DNA of 63,782 bases, filler included, from an uncultured Methanosarcinales archaeon (GCA_964519225.1; 3 parts of 3 records of this genome joined end to end with filler, not necessarily neighbours in it); one strand, 5' to 3'. Positions 1 to 9,331 are shown, counted from the whole stretch's first letter. Numbers and translations are program-made. The notes: generated by a model from the sequence alone, not told the origin.

Positions 1-110
1 CATTGGTTCATGAGGAACTGAGAAAGTTACTCAAAAGAGTACATCCAACCAAGACCATGCCAAAAGCAACAAAACAAATGGCAGAGGACTTGTGGGATGA
101 CTTGATATAC
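1..110 (+). repeat. Terminal direct repeat, copy 1 (matches 27907-28016)
   Basis: 106/110 identical; mismatches at positions 29, 42, 49 and 56. Confidence 0.97.
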
Positions 111-148
111 GGCAAAAGAATAAGAACAAAATACAAGGACAAATTCAA

Positions 149-667
149 ATGAAACTAAGCAAAATAAAAAGGAATAAGAAAGGTTCTGTGCAGGACTTGC
201 TCTTGATAGGCGTAAGCTTGTTTGTGCTGTCATTGGTTGTTCTGATATGCTTCAGGATTTCAACCTCGCTCAACACAGAGTTTCAGGCAAACGATAATAT
301 TGATTCTTACGGCAAGGCAGCTCACCAGCAGATAACCAACATGTATCCTGGCATCATAGACAACTCATTCATATTTGTCACTGTAATACTTTCAATAGGT
401 GCTTTAATCCTGGCAGCCTTGGTCAGGATTCATCCAATCTTTTTGCCAATATACATCATTGCCTGGATATTTGTCATATTCATGTGCTCTATATTTTCAA
501 ATGCTTACCAGGAAATGGCTGCCAATCCTGACCTTTCAGCACTTGCAGCACAGATGACATTCATGAACCAGGTAATGACCACCCTGCCTTTTATTGTTGG
601 CATAGTGGGTGCTTTGCTTGCTATTGTAATGTATAAGGCTTACAGGAGTGAACAATATGGATATTAA
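149..667 (+). CDS. Membrane protein with class III (pilin-like) leader; putative virion or morphogenesis protein
   Basis: KRNKKG|SVQDLLLIGV followed by about 4 hydrophobic segments; in the structural block. Confidence 0.7.
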   Translation: MKLSKIKRNKKGSVQDLLLIGVSLFVLSLVVLICFRISTSLNTEFQANDNIDSYGKAAHQQITNMYPGIIDNSFIFVTVILSIGALILAALVRIHPIFLPIYIIAWIFVIFMCSIFSNAYQEMAANPDLSALAAQMTFMNQVMTTLPFIVGIVGALLAIVMYKAYRSEQYGY

Positions 668-3600
668 GAAAACAATGTTAATGCTTGGATTTGTTCTGTT
701 AGTCTTGCTTAGCTCTGGATCTGTCTGTGCTGATGAATTATTAGCTTCCAACTCAACTGGAACAGATACAGCTTCTACAAGTTATACATTAGTAAAAACT
801 TTTGATTTTTCAACTTCACCATATATTGTTACTAAACATATAAATAACATTAGAAATGGAAATCCAAGTGGAACTGTTTATTGCAAAGTTATATGGACTT
901 ATACAGATGATTCAACTGCTTATGTAGAAAATAGTGTAACTGGAATTACTGGTGTAGTAAAAACTTATACAAATCCAAATACAACAATAAGAGTTAAATC
1001 TATTGGAGTATGGTTAAGGGTTTCAGCTTATGGAGGCTATGAATCGGCAGATGAAGTATGGGGTTATGCAGGTCCAACACAACCCCCAGAGTTCACAATA
1101 TACCCTGAAACAGCATACACAGCAGATGACCTGTATGCAGACTTCACAAGCACAGACGCAGACAACGACACGATAGTCTTCAACTGGAACTGGTCGAACG
1201 GGACAACGGAAGCAATAAGGTTTATTGATGACGGCTCACTTGTGAGCTATTACGCAATGGATGGCACGGAAGCAAGCACAGTTTATGATTACTCTGGCTC
1301 AAATGACGGAACAATGTCTGGCTACACGCAGAACAACGGAGCAAGAAACGGCGGAGTTGAAATAAGCACAGATGACGGCAAGTATGGCTATGGTGCTGGG
1401 TTTGATGGGGTTGATGATTATGTTGAAGTTCCTCATGATAGTTCTATATCTTTTGATAATACTATTAGTAGTTCTTTTTCTTGGTGGATGAAATGTGATG
1501 AACAAACTGGTGCTTCAAGAATATTAAACAAAGGCATTAATTATTATGGATGGATTGATGACCATGATGGAGCAGAGAAGAACGACTATAAGTTTGTTAT
1601 ATATGATGGTTCTAATTCTGGTATAGTTTATGCAGATAATGTATGCGATAATAGTTGGCATAATGTAGTGTTTGTAGTTGATAGAACACAGCAGAAGATT
1701 TTTAGTTATGTTGATGGAACTTTAGATGATACAGATGATGATATTTCTGATGTAGGGGATTGTAGCAGTGTAGATAATCTGTTTATAGGTGCAAGTGGAG
1801 GAACTGCCTATTTTTTCAACGGCTCTCTTGACGAAGTCCGCATATGGAACAAAGCACTCACGCAGGAAGAAATACAGGCAGAGATGGAAAGCTCAAACCC
1901 AGTAAAGGGCGATGGACTGGTGGCAAGCTACTCTTTTGAACAGCATAACTCAACGCACGCACTTGACACAAACCATCTGGTAAAGGGCGAAATAGCCGAA
2001 GGAATTACTTTTGATGGGGTTGATGATAAAATATTAATTCCTGATTATTCAATGAATCATACAAGCGGAACTTTTTGTTCTTGGGTTAATTATAATGATA
2101 GAGGTCCATCAAATAGAGAGCCAATATTTGGACATAAGAATTCAGGAAAAACTTGGAATGGACCTACTCTTGTTTTTTATAGTTCAACAAGTTTAAGGTT
2201 TTATGATTATGATGATGTTTATATTGTAGCGACTTTACCTATATTAGGTGAATTTGCTCATTATTGTATTACATGGAACTCTACAGGCAGTTCTATTTTT
2301 GTTAATGGTGAATTAAAGAGTTCAGGAGGTGTATCTCCAAATATGAATAACCCAAATAGTCTTAGGATAGGTTCAACTTATGTTAGTGGAGATAAGTATA
2401 TTCATGGCTCAATAGACGAAGTCCAGATATACAACAGAAGCCTTTCAGAGAGCGAAATAAAAGCCCTGTATGAAGGCTCAAGGCATTACTCAAACGGCAC
2501 TCACGCAGAGCTGGACAGCTCACTTACAAGCACATTTGACACATGGACTTTGGATGTCACGCCTTACGACTACTTAAATGCTGGGACATCAAGGACAGCC
2601 TATGCTTACATTGACGACACGCTTGCACCTGAAATAACCACAGATGACATAAGCCTCAACAAGACAATAGTGTACTCAAGCGACAACCTTACTGCACAGA
2701 TAAATGCAACTGACAACTTTCTTTACAGCATAAATGTTTCAATAGACGGCACATCCATATTCAACACATCAGGCATTGGTGCAACAACTTATGTTTATAA
2801 CCTAAGCCAGAACATGAGCAGTTATTCAGTTGGAGAGCACAACATATCATTCAGAGCCTGCGACGGACACACTTCTGCGGAACTAAAAGACAAGTGGGAT
2901 TATGATGTAGGGCTAAGCGGACTGACATTCAAGGATGACAAGGACAAGAACAAATGGTACAGGATTAATCCAACAAACAATGACATATTTGAAAGGATTT
3001 CAACCACAAGACTGAAAGACAGGTATGATTTTAGATACCAAAAAAGCAGGGTTGGTGAACTGTTCTCAAAATCAACTGAGTACAGCTTCATAGTTGAAAG
3101 CACAGAATATATTGACATCATAAATCCACAGCAGACTGACTACAAATACAAGGACAAATACAAAGCTTGGCTTGTAATAAAGGACATAGGGCAGAACGGC
3201 AGGTGGATTGACTTTAATTTAAAGGATGCGCCTGAAGCAAAATACAATATAAAGAGGCTGAGCCTAACAAAAGTCAGGGTAACTATATCAAACATCCCAA
3301 GAAACATGAAAGAGCTTGTGTTTGAGTCAACAGGAGAGTTGAACTGTGTTACAGAATATTACTTGTTTTATGTTTACAATTACACGACAAGCTACACAAC
3401 ACCTGTTCTTGAAACATCAAGCCAGACATTCACTTTAAACATAACAAAAGATTCTGATTACATTACAGATGCCAATGCAACTCTGCACTGGAACGGCACA
3501 GCTTACACACCGACAGAAACGACAAACGGAACTTATTTTTATTATACAAAAACAATTACAATGCCTTCAGTAGATGCAAACACAAATGTAACATTCAATT

Positions 3601-4787
3601 GGACTTACACTTTAGAAGGCGAAGAAAATACCACAAGTAGAACAGCAAGCGAAACCCAGCTAATATATAATATAGACATGGATGACTGCTCGACATACAA
3701 TATAACTGCATTAAACTTTTCGCTTGTAGAGGAAAGCAACAACGCTTCAATCAACGGCAGCATGGACTTCACATTCAGTCTGGCACAGGAAGGCACAACG
3801 ATAAATTACTCAAAATCTGTGACTAACAGAAACTGGACTGCGTTCTGCATACCAAACAATAACATAAATTTTACTGCACAGCTGCAGTCAGAATACTCTG
3901 CAGAAGGTTATGATGCACACACATACTTTGCATACAACCTTGCAATAAATAATGAAACACAACATATAACTTACTATCTCACAAACGGCACGACAATTGT
4001 TGAGTTCACTGTATTGGACCAGAACGGCGATGAAGTGGAAAATGCTTATATCAAAGTAAAAAAGTATGACATCGGCACAGGAACTTACAAGACCATTGAA
4101 ACCCTGAAGACTGACCAACAGGGCAAAGCATTGGGAAACATAATATTAGATACTGCATGGTATGAGTTTGTTGTTGAGTATGGCGGAACAGTTTACCTTG
4201 AAGATGGACCTACAAAGATAACAACAACATCAAGAACATTCAGGATAAACCTTTTGTCAGATTTCTTTGACAGATACACAGATGTAATATATGGCATTAC
4301 ATCAAGCCTTAACTACACAGATTCAACTGGCAACTTCAGGTTCACATGGAGCGACCCAGACGGAAATTACCATTACGGCTGTTTGAAAGTTACAAAAGAG
4401 AGTCTTGCTGGCAACACCTTAATCAATGATACCTGCGTTCAGTCAACAGCTGGAACAATATTAGTCAATATTAATGACAGTGGTTCTGTCAACGGAACTT
4501 ATGTCGCAGTCGGCTACATAAAGTTTGATGAGCCTTATGTCCTGCAGGTATTGAGGAAGACTTGGGGAAGCTTGTCAGAAACATTCGGAAATGAAGGTTT
4601 GTTTTATGCCTTCTTGATAATACTTACCGTTGCAATGGTTGGAATATTCGCACCAAAGATTGCAATGATTTTGGCTGTCATAGGGCTTGTGTTCAGCAGC
4701 ATATTAGGGTTCTTCAATATGAACCCAAGCTGGATAATAGCTTTGGTAATCGCAGCTGGGCTAACAATATACAGGATGAGGGATTAA
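648..4787 (+). CDS. Large secreted LamG/concanavalin-like domain protein with C-terminal TM helices; putative receptor-binding protein
   Basis: Signal peptide; two LamG cores (FDGVDD...GSLDEVRIWN and GSIDEVQIYN); many N-x-S/T sequons; about 3 C-terminal TM helices. Confidence 0.85.
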   Translation: MNNMDIKKTMLMLGFVLLVLLSSGSVCADELLASNSTGTDTASTSYTLVKTFDFSTSPYIVTKHINNIRNGNPSGTVYCKVIWTYTDDSTAYVENSVTGITGVVKTYTNPNTTIRVKSIGVWLRVSAYGGYESADEVWGYAGPTQPPEFTIYPETAYTADDLYADFTSTDADNDTIVFNWNWSNGTTEAIRFIDDGSLVSYYAMDGTEASTVYDYSGSNDGTMSGYTQNNGARNGGVEISTDDGKYGYGAGFDGVDDYVEVPHDSSISFDNTISSSFSWWMKCDEQTGASRILNKGINYYGWIDDHDGAEKNDYKFVIYDGSNSGIVYADNVCDNSWHNVVFVVDRTQQKIFSYVDGTLDDTDDDISDVGDCSSVDNLFIGASGGTAYFFNGSLDEVRIWNKALTQEEIQAEMESSNPVKGDGLVASYSFEQHNSTHALDTNHLVKGEIAEGITFDGVDDKILIPDYSMNHTSGTFCSWVNYNDRGPSNREPIFGHKNSGKTWNGPTLVFYSSTSLRFYDYDDVYIVATLPILGEFAHYCITWNSTGSSIFVNGELKSSGGVSPNMNNPNSLRIGSTYVSGDKYIHGSIDEVQIYNRSLSESEIKALYEGSRHYSNGTHAELDSSLTSTFDTWTLDVTPYDYLNAGTSRTAYAYIDDTLAPEITTDDISLNKTIVYSSDNLTAQINATDNFLYSINVSIDGTSIFNTSGIGATTYVYNLSQNMSSYSVGEHNISFRACDGHTSAELKDKWDYDVGLSGLTFKDDKDKNKWYRINPTNNDIFERISTTRLKDRYDFRYQKSRVGELFSKSTEYSFIVESTEYIDIINPQQTDYKYKDKYKAWLVIKDIGQNGRWIDFNLKDAPEAKYNIKRLSLTKVRVTISNIPRNMKELVFESTGELNCVTEYYLFYVYNYTTSYTTPVLETSSQTFTLNITKDSDYITDANATLHWNGTAYTPTETTNGTYFYYTKTITMPSVDANTNVTFNWTYTLEGEENTTSRTASETQLIYNIDMDDCSTYNITALNFSLVEESNNASINGSMDFTFSLAQEGTTINYSKSVTNRNWTAFCIPNNNINFTAQLQSEYSAEGYDAHTYFAYNLAINNETQHITYYLTNGTTIVEFTVLDQNGDEVENAYIKVKKYDIGTGTYKTIETLKTDQQGKALGNIILDTAWYEFVVEYGGTVYLEDGPTKITTTSRTFRINLLSDFFDRYTDVIYGITSSLNYTDSTGNFRFTWSDPDGNYHYGCLKVTKESLAGNTLINDTCVQSTAGTILVNINDSGSVNGTYVAVGYIKFDEPYVLQVLRKTWGSLSETFGNEGLFYAFLIILTVAMVGIFAPKIAMILAVIGLVFSSILGFFNMNPSWIIALVIAAGLTIYRMRD

Positions 4788-4788
4788 A

Positions 4789-5202
4789 ATGGGATTCAAA
4801 CTTGATTCATTTATCATTGGGGTCATAATATTTTCATTCATAATAGCTGTTGGCTCAGGAATGATTGTCAATATGGCAGACAATTATGATGTGGAATATG
4901 ACAATGAGTTTAGAGCTACTTATATTGTTATAGAAGATATGTATAATGACACCACAGCCCAGAAAGAAGATGTCTTTGGCGGTGAGATAGAAGAAGAAGA
5001 TGCACTTGACAGTGCAATAAAGGGCGGAACATCTGCACTAAAACTATTGACAAGCCCAATAAAAATCACAAGTGCCGTGGTTGGTGACATCCAGGAGAAG
5101 ACAGCACCAGCAGTGGACATCAGATTATATTTCACAACAGCATTGACAGTCTTGGTTACATTTGGCTTGATATATTTGTTTTTTAGGATAAGGAGTTGGT
5201 AA
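4789..5202 (+). CDS. Two-TM membrane protein; putative minor virion protein
   Basis: Hydrophobic N- and C-terminal helices around an acidic loop; tightly coupled to the adhesin gene. Confidence 0.7.
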   Translation: MGFKLDSFIIGVIIFSFIIAVGSGMIVNMADNYDVEYDNEFRATYIVIEDMYNDTTAQKEDVFGGEIEEEDALDSAIKGGTSALKLLTSPIKITSAVVGDIQEKTAPAVDIRLYFTTALTVLVTFGLIYLFFRIRSW

Positions 5203-5205
5203 AAT

Positions 5206-5532
5206 ATGGTGTATAACCTAACATCAGTGAGTAACACAACTGGAATACTTGATTTCATACAGAAGATGGACAACAACATCTTTTGCTATGGAGCAGGTTG
5301 CGGAGGAGAAGGCGGTCTGTTAGGCACAGCCATCATAATAATCTTGTTTGGAATCCTTATGATAAACTTCTTGTCAAACGGCAGGGAGTTCAACTCTTCT
5401 TTGATGAGTGCGGCCTTCATCTGCTCAATCACTGGTGGTATATTGTTTCTTATGGAACTGATTACACCAACTACAATTTATATATCAGTATTGGTTTGGG
5501 CAGGAAGTGTTGCGATTGGAAGTAAAAGATAA
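5206..5532 (+). CDS. Small multi-TM membrane protein; putative virion protein
   Basis: Three hydrophobic segments; N-terminal sequons NLT and NTT. Confidence 0.7.
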   Translation: MVYNLTSVSNTTGILDFIQKMDNNIFCYGAGCGGEGGLLGTAIIIILFGILMINFLSNGREFNSSLMSAAFICSITGGILFLMELITPTTIYISVLVWAGSVAIGSKR

Positions 5533-5555
5533 AAAAGTAAAAATCAAAAAACGCA

Positions 5556-5664
5556 TAAAAATTTATAAAGCCTAATAGTATATTTCTACCAAAAAACTTG
5601 ATTAGGCATTTCTCTAAATGCCATAATCCATTTCTTACAAAGCCGAAAGGGGAGGTAAAACAAA
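5556..5664 (+). promoter_or_regulatory. Promoter and structured leader of the capsid genes
   Basis: TTTATAAA box at ~5562; hairpin GATTAGGCATTT-CTCT-AAATGCCATAATC at 5600-5628; GGAGGT RBS. Confidence 0.6.
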
Positions 5665-5940
5665 GTGAAACTCATGAATAAAAAGGGTCAAATCGAAGCT
5701 TTAGTTCCTTTAGTGATTTCGCTGGTGGTCATAGGAATACTGTTAGTTGTAGCATTCCTTGTATTTGCACAGGTTGCAGCTAACTCATCAGTCGCAGCAG
5801 ATGGTAATGCAACAGCAGCAATACAAGCAGTGCAGGAAGCAACTGATGACATTCCAGGATGGTTACCAATAATTGTTGTTGTAGTCATAGGAGCTCTGTT
5901 GATTGGACTTGTCAGTTTCCTTAGGGCAAGAGCAAGATGA
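5665..5940 (+). CDS. Putative major capsid protein 1 (two hydrophobic helices, spindle-virus-like) with class III leader
   Basis: NKKG|QIEALV leader; helix-loop-helix with NSS/NAT sequons in the loop; basic C-terminus; own promoter and strong RBS. Confidence 0.75.
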   Translation: MKLMNKKGQIEALVPLVISLVVIGILLVVAFLVFAQVAANSSVAADGNATAAIQAVQEATDDIPGWLPIIVVVVIGALLIGLVSFLRARAR

Positions 5941-6211
5941 GAAAAATGAACAATAAAGGACAAATTGACGCTTTGCAACCACTGATAGTTGCTTTGGTTG
6001 TAATAGCTATTGTCTTGGTTGTTGGTTTTTTGATTTTTGCCGAAGTTCAGGATCAGATAGTCAGCATCGACAGTGTTGATGAAACAAACACATCAACTTG
6101 GAGCTATGGTTACAATTCATCACAAGATGTAACCAGCGCAATGGCAGACATACCAGGATGGCTTCCAATCATAGTCGTGGTTGTCATAGGAGCTCTGTTG
6201 ATTGGACTTGT
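5884..6211 (+). repeat. 29-bp identical direct repeat shared by the two capsid paralogues
   Basis: GTCATAGGAGCTCTGTTGATTGGACTTGT at 5884-5912 and 6183-6211. Confidence 0.95.
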
Positions 6212-6239
6212 GTCATTCCTAAGAAAACAGGCGAGATAA
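5937..6239 (+). CDS. Putative capsid protein 2, paralogue of the preceding gene
   Basis: NNKG|QIDAL leader; C-terminal DIPGWLPIIVVVVIGALLIGLVSFLR identical to paralogue; ATGA overlap. Confidence 0.75.
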   Translation: MRKMNNKGQIDALQPLIVALVVIAIVLVVGFLIFAEVQDQIVSIDSVDETNTSTWSYGYNSSQDVTSAMADIPGWLPIIVVVVIGALLIGLVSFLRKQAR

Positions 6240-6254
6240 AGCCAAAACTAAGGC

Positions 6255-6300
6255 AAATAAATTATTTTTTTCTTTTTTTGTTAGATTTAAGCATAAACAA
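6255..6300. terminator. T-rich terminator region at the convergence of the two viral blocks
   Basis: Long oligo-T tracts after the capsid 2 stop codon. Confidence 0.55.
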
Positions 6301-6540
6301 TTAAGAAACAGTAATGTTTAACACATCAGTAGGTATGAACCTTTCAGTCTCATACTTGTCAATACGAACAAAGCACATGCAGTTGTTTCGGATGAAAGCT
6401 GAATAATGCTTATTGCACTTTTTTATGCCTAACTCGTAGCCTTGCCTTGCTCCAACAAGCAGGGCAATGGCTATTAATATCGCAATTAAAATACACAGGA
6501 TTAAATTATCTCCTTTATTTCTTTTTTTTTCTGATTTCAT
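6301..6540 (-). CDS. Small membrane-anchored Cys-containing protein
   Basis: One TM helix; C-x9-C-x-C motif. Confidence 0.55.
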   Translation of the reverse strand: MKSEKKRNKGDNLILCILIAILIAIALLVGARQGYELGIKKCNKHYSAFIRNNCMCFVRIDKYETERFIPTDVLNITVS

Positions 6541-6672
6541 CTTCTTTCTGTTTCATCACATTAGCAAAGTAGTTGCCGTAAAAATTCATGCTACTCCAGA
6601 TAGCTTTTCTGTATTGGTAAAATTTATAGGCAAAAAAGACGGCTATTATGCATAATATCCCGGCGTTTTGCA

Positions 6673-7158
6673 TCAAATAGTGCCTCCGAACATCAGCTTT
6701 CCAATGAAATATCCAAAGTTGTTGAAAAAGTCCCTTCCACAGATGATAAAGTAAAAGCAAACCAATAAAATCATTATGCCAAGCTGAAACTCAGTCCAGA
6801 TTCTGTTTCTGTAATATATGTAACAAAAAAGTATGAATGCCCAAATCATAGCCTGCTTTACAAATATTATCATTGTTCTTGCTGCTTCAGGGTGAACCTC
6901 CCAATCATTCATCTTTGCCTGAACAACATTTGCTTCCCTCAGTGCAGTCAACACTTTTGGTTGCTCCTTGACAACCATCAGGTTTGTCAAAGCTACTGCA
7001 CCAAAGTTCATGATTATAATAAGCACAACAGCTATGTCCATTAGCCTGAACATAGCCTTGTGGCTTGAATAAAGCCGATTGTGCTCATTTCTCTGCTGCT
7101 GCCTTAACTCGTACCCTATTTGCTTTTTCCTGGCTTCAAGTGTTATTAACTCGTTCAT
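6673..7158 (-). CDS. Multi-TM membrane protein
   Basis: Three hydrophobic helices; overlapping operon arrangement. Confidence 0.6.
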   Translation of the reverse strand: MNELITLEARKKQIGYELRQQQRNEHNRLYSSHKAMFRLMDIAVVLIIIMNFGAVALTNLMVVKEQPKVLTALREANVVQAKMNDWEVHPEAARTMIIFVKQAMIWAFILFCYIYYRNRIWTEFQLGIMILLVCFYFIICGRDFFNNFGYFIGKLMFGGTI

Positions 7159-7466
7159 TGTTCTGTGTGTGGCAACTCTTCTGCTACTTCCTTCTGCTCT
7201 GTCTGCTCTACTCTCTCTGCAAATTCTGTCTCATCTTTTGGTTCTATTGGTGGCAGTTCGTCAGGAATGTCCTGCTTTGGCGGTTTAAGGTTGTCCAAAT
7301 ACATCTCAAGCTTCTCATCCATCAGCCTGATTATGTCATCCTTGAACTTCCTGCTGCTGTAAACATACCAGACCAACACTACAACAACTGCCAGTGCCAC
7401 TGATGCAACAACAAGGAACGAAAGCGTTATGCTGTCTGCTGTTATTACCATCTTACTCCTCCACAA
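7155..7466 (-). CDS. Single-TM protein with acidic tail
   Basis: N-terminal TM helix; E/P-rich C-terminus; probable start at MVITAD. Confidence 0.55.
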   Translation of the reverse strand: MWRSKMVITADSITLSFLVVASVALAVVVVLVWYVYSSRKFKDDIIRLMDEKLEMYLDNLKPPKQDIPDELPPIEPKDETEFAERVEQTEQKEVAEELPHTEQ

Positions 7467-7665
7467 CTATATTCTTATCTTCTTCTCTGCCTTTCTCTGC
7501 TTCCTTTGGTTTCTCTTCCTTTGGCTTTGTTTCCACTTCTGCCCTTAGTTTCTCAAACAGAGCAAACTTTGCCTGTCCGTTTGTCACTTTCAGAAACATA
7601 TTGAGCTCTTCATCCCTGCTCAACACTTCCAAAAGCAATGTTTTTTCTTCTTTGTTCAATTGCAT
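7453..7665 (-). CDS. Hypothetical protein
   Basis: GGAGG RBS upstream; operon context. Confidence 0.55.
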   Translation of the reverse strand: MQLNKEEKTLLLEVLSRDEELNMFLKVTNGQAKFALFEKLRAEVETKPKEEKPKEAEKGREEDKNIVVEE

Positions 7666-7933
7666 TTTTTTGCCTCCTAATATTTTAATCTGAATTGAAT
7701 AATACCATGATGCCCCATATTATTGTTATGGCACATGCCATCAACGCCCAGTATGGATTTCTTAGTCCAACTATTCCTATTATTATGAATACTAAGCCTT
7801 TGAGTTTCATTGATTATCCAACTCCCTCAGCCAATCAATGATCCTGTGGATGTTGAACATGATTGTTCCGCCAAAAACTATTACAATCAATATTACAAGC
7901 TTCTGGAAAAAGTCAAGCTGGATATTTGGTGGT

Positions 7934-8176
7934 TCAATCATTTTGCTTTTCCTTTATAATTGCCTTGATTATTGCAATGGTCTTTCTTATTTTTTTGAGG
8001 TTAAATTTTGTTTCACGAGTGTAATTCATCCTTCGCTTGCTGCCACTCATAAGGCTGATTGTCTTTTTTATCAATTCTTTCTGCTGTTCTTCCAACCTTG
8101 ATTTCAGCTTCTCAATGCTAAGCTCACGCAGTTCATTCTTTAAGTTGTTGAATGTGTGTTTGTATTCTTGGTCCAT
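7934..8176 (-). CDS. Ribosomal protein uL29-like protein (virus-encoded)
   Basis: ELRELSIEKLKSRLEEQQKEL...G...NLKKIRKTIAIIKAIIKEK follows the uL29 pattern ELR.LS.EEL..KL.EL.KEL...G...IRK.IARI.T.I.E. Confidence 0.6.
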   Translation of the reverse strand: MDQEYKHTFNNLKNELRELSIEKLKSRLEEQQKELIKKTISLMSGSKRRMNYTRETKFNLKKIRKTIAIIKAIIKEKQND

Positions 8177-8182
8177 TTTCTT

Positions 8183-8938
8183 TTATTTTGTTAAAATTAA
8201 AATTTTTCTTATCATTTTTACATAACTTGAAGTTGTACAATATGATTCAGCAGTATATTTAATATTTCTGTGACCTAAAAACTTAGATAATAATTCTATT
8301 GGCATTCCATTATCATAATAAAACACAGCCCCAGAATGTCTAAGTGAATTAAGGTTAATATCTTTCTTTAAGACTTTTTTTGATAATTTTTTAATTTTTT
8401 TTTCTATTGACCTTACCCCAAGAATTTTAAAATTATCGGTCAAAAACTCATTTGTTTGTTTGATTATTGGATTAATAATAGGAATAACCCTGTTTTTTAT
8501 TTTTATTAATCCTCTTTCAATATCAACATCTTTTTTCTTAATATTAGCAATCTCATTTGCTTTCAAACATAATAAGAAACCAAGTTTAATATAAAATTTA
8601 GTATCCTCATTTTTTGATTTAGAAATTAATAAATTAAACTCTTCAAAACTTATGATATTTAATCTGTTTCTTTTTTCTTCATAATAATTTACTCTCACAA
8701 ACTCTGGGGTATTAATATCCCCCTTTCTATGAACTTTAATATGACATTTGTAACAAATAGTGATTAAATCATTTAAAGTTTCATTAAATAAATTATTATA
8801 AGTAATATGGTGAACTATTAAATCTTTTTTAGAATTACAGAACTGACAAGTATAATTATCCCTATTTAGAACTTTTCTTCTTAGAATGTTCCACTTTTTA
8901 CTTTTTATATATTTCTGAAATTTTTCTCTCTCATTCAT
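8183..8938 (-). CDS. HNH endonuclease fused to a degenerate tyrosine recombinase catalytic domain
   Basis: RDNYTCQFC...VHH...NDLITICYKCHIKVH, then LKANEI / SLRHS / LGH...Y. Confidence 0.85.
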   Translation of the reverse strand: MNEREKFQKYIKSKKWNILRRKVLNRDNYTCQFCNSKKDLIVHHITYNNLFNETLNDLITICYKCHIKVHRKGDINTPEFVRVNYYEEKRNRLNIISFEEFNLLISKSKNEDTKFYIKLGFLLCLKANEIANIKKKDVDIERGLIKIKNRVIPIINPIIKQTNEFLTDNFKILGVRSIEKKIKKLSKKVLKKDINLNSLRHSGAVFYYDNGMPIELLSKFLGHRNIKYTAESYCTTSSYVKMIRKILILTK

Positions 8939-8939
8939 T

Positions 8940-9098
8940 TTACAACTCTTTTAACACAACATCACCATCCATTTGCATATTGAAAGCCAATACTTTGCCT
9001 TTTTTCCAACCTTTGAGCTTCATAATCTCAAAAGGTATTGTAATTCTATATTGCTTTTTACCAGTTATTTTTTGTATACTTTCTTGAATCTTAGGCAT
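8940..9098 (-). CDS. AbrB/SpoVT-type DNA-binding protein (52 aa, not in ORF track)
   Basis: Own translation MPKIQESIQKITGKKQYRITIPFEIMKLKGWKKGKVLAFNMQMDGDVVLKEL; GGAGG RBS. Confidence 0.8.
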   Translation of the reverse strand: MPKIQESIQKITGKKQYRITIPFEIMKLKGWKKGKVLAFNMQMDGDVVLKEL

Positions 9099-9128
9099 TT
9101 TATTATATTCCTCCTATTAATATTTTAA

Positions 9129-9160
9129 TAGTATTATGGTAATACTAACTAATATATAAA
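9129..9160 (-). promoter_or_regulatory. Palindromic operator and TATA box upstream of the AbrB-like gene
   Basis: TAGTATTA-TGG-TAATACTA perfect palindrome at 9129-9147; TTTATATA on the minus strand. Confidence 0.65.
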
Positions 9161-9331
9161 TGTTTCCTTTTAATTAACCCCAATCACCAATCATCTACTA
9201 AAATAAGATATTTAAATGAAAACCAAACACAAAAGAATAATAAAACAAGAGAGATATACCAATATTCCCACCCATAAGCAAGTAACATATCAGTATGTTT
9301 TCCAGCCTGTTGGAATATTTCTTCAAACATT

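Noticed and set aside
1..110. Terminal-repeat mismatches as DGR mutagenesis
   Set aside because: Differences are not confined to adenines of one copy; no RT present
5665..6239. Ordinary type IV pilins
   Set aside because: No globular pilin head; second TM helix and viral context favour capsid proteins, though not formally excluded
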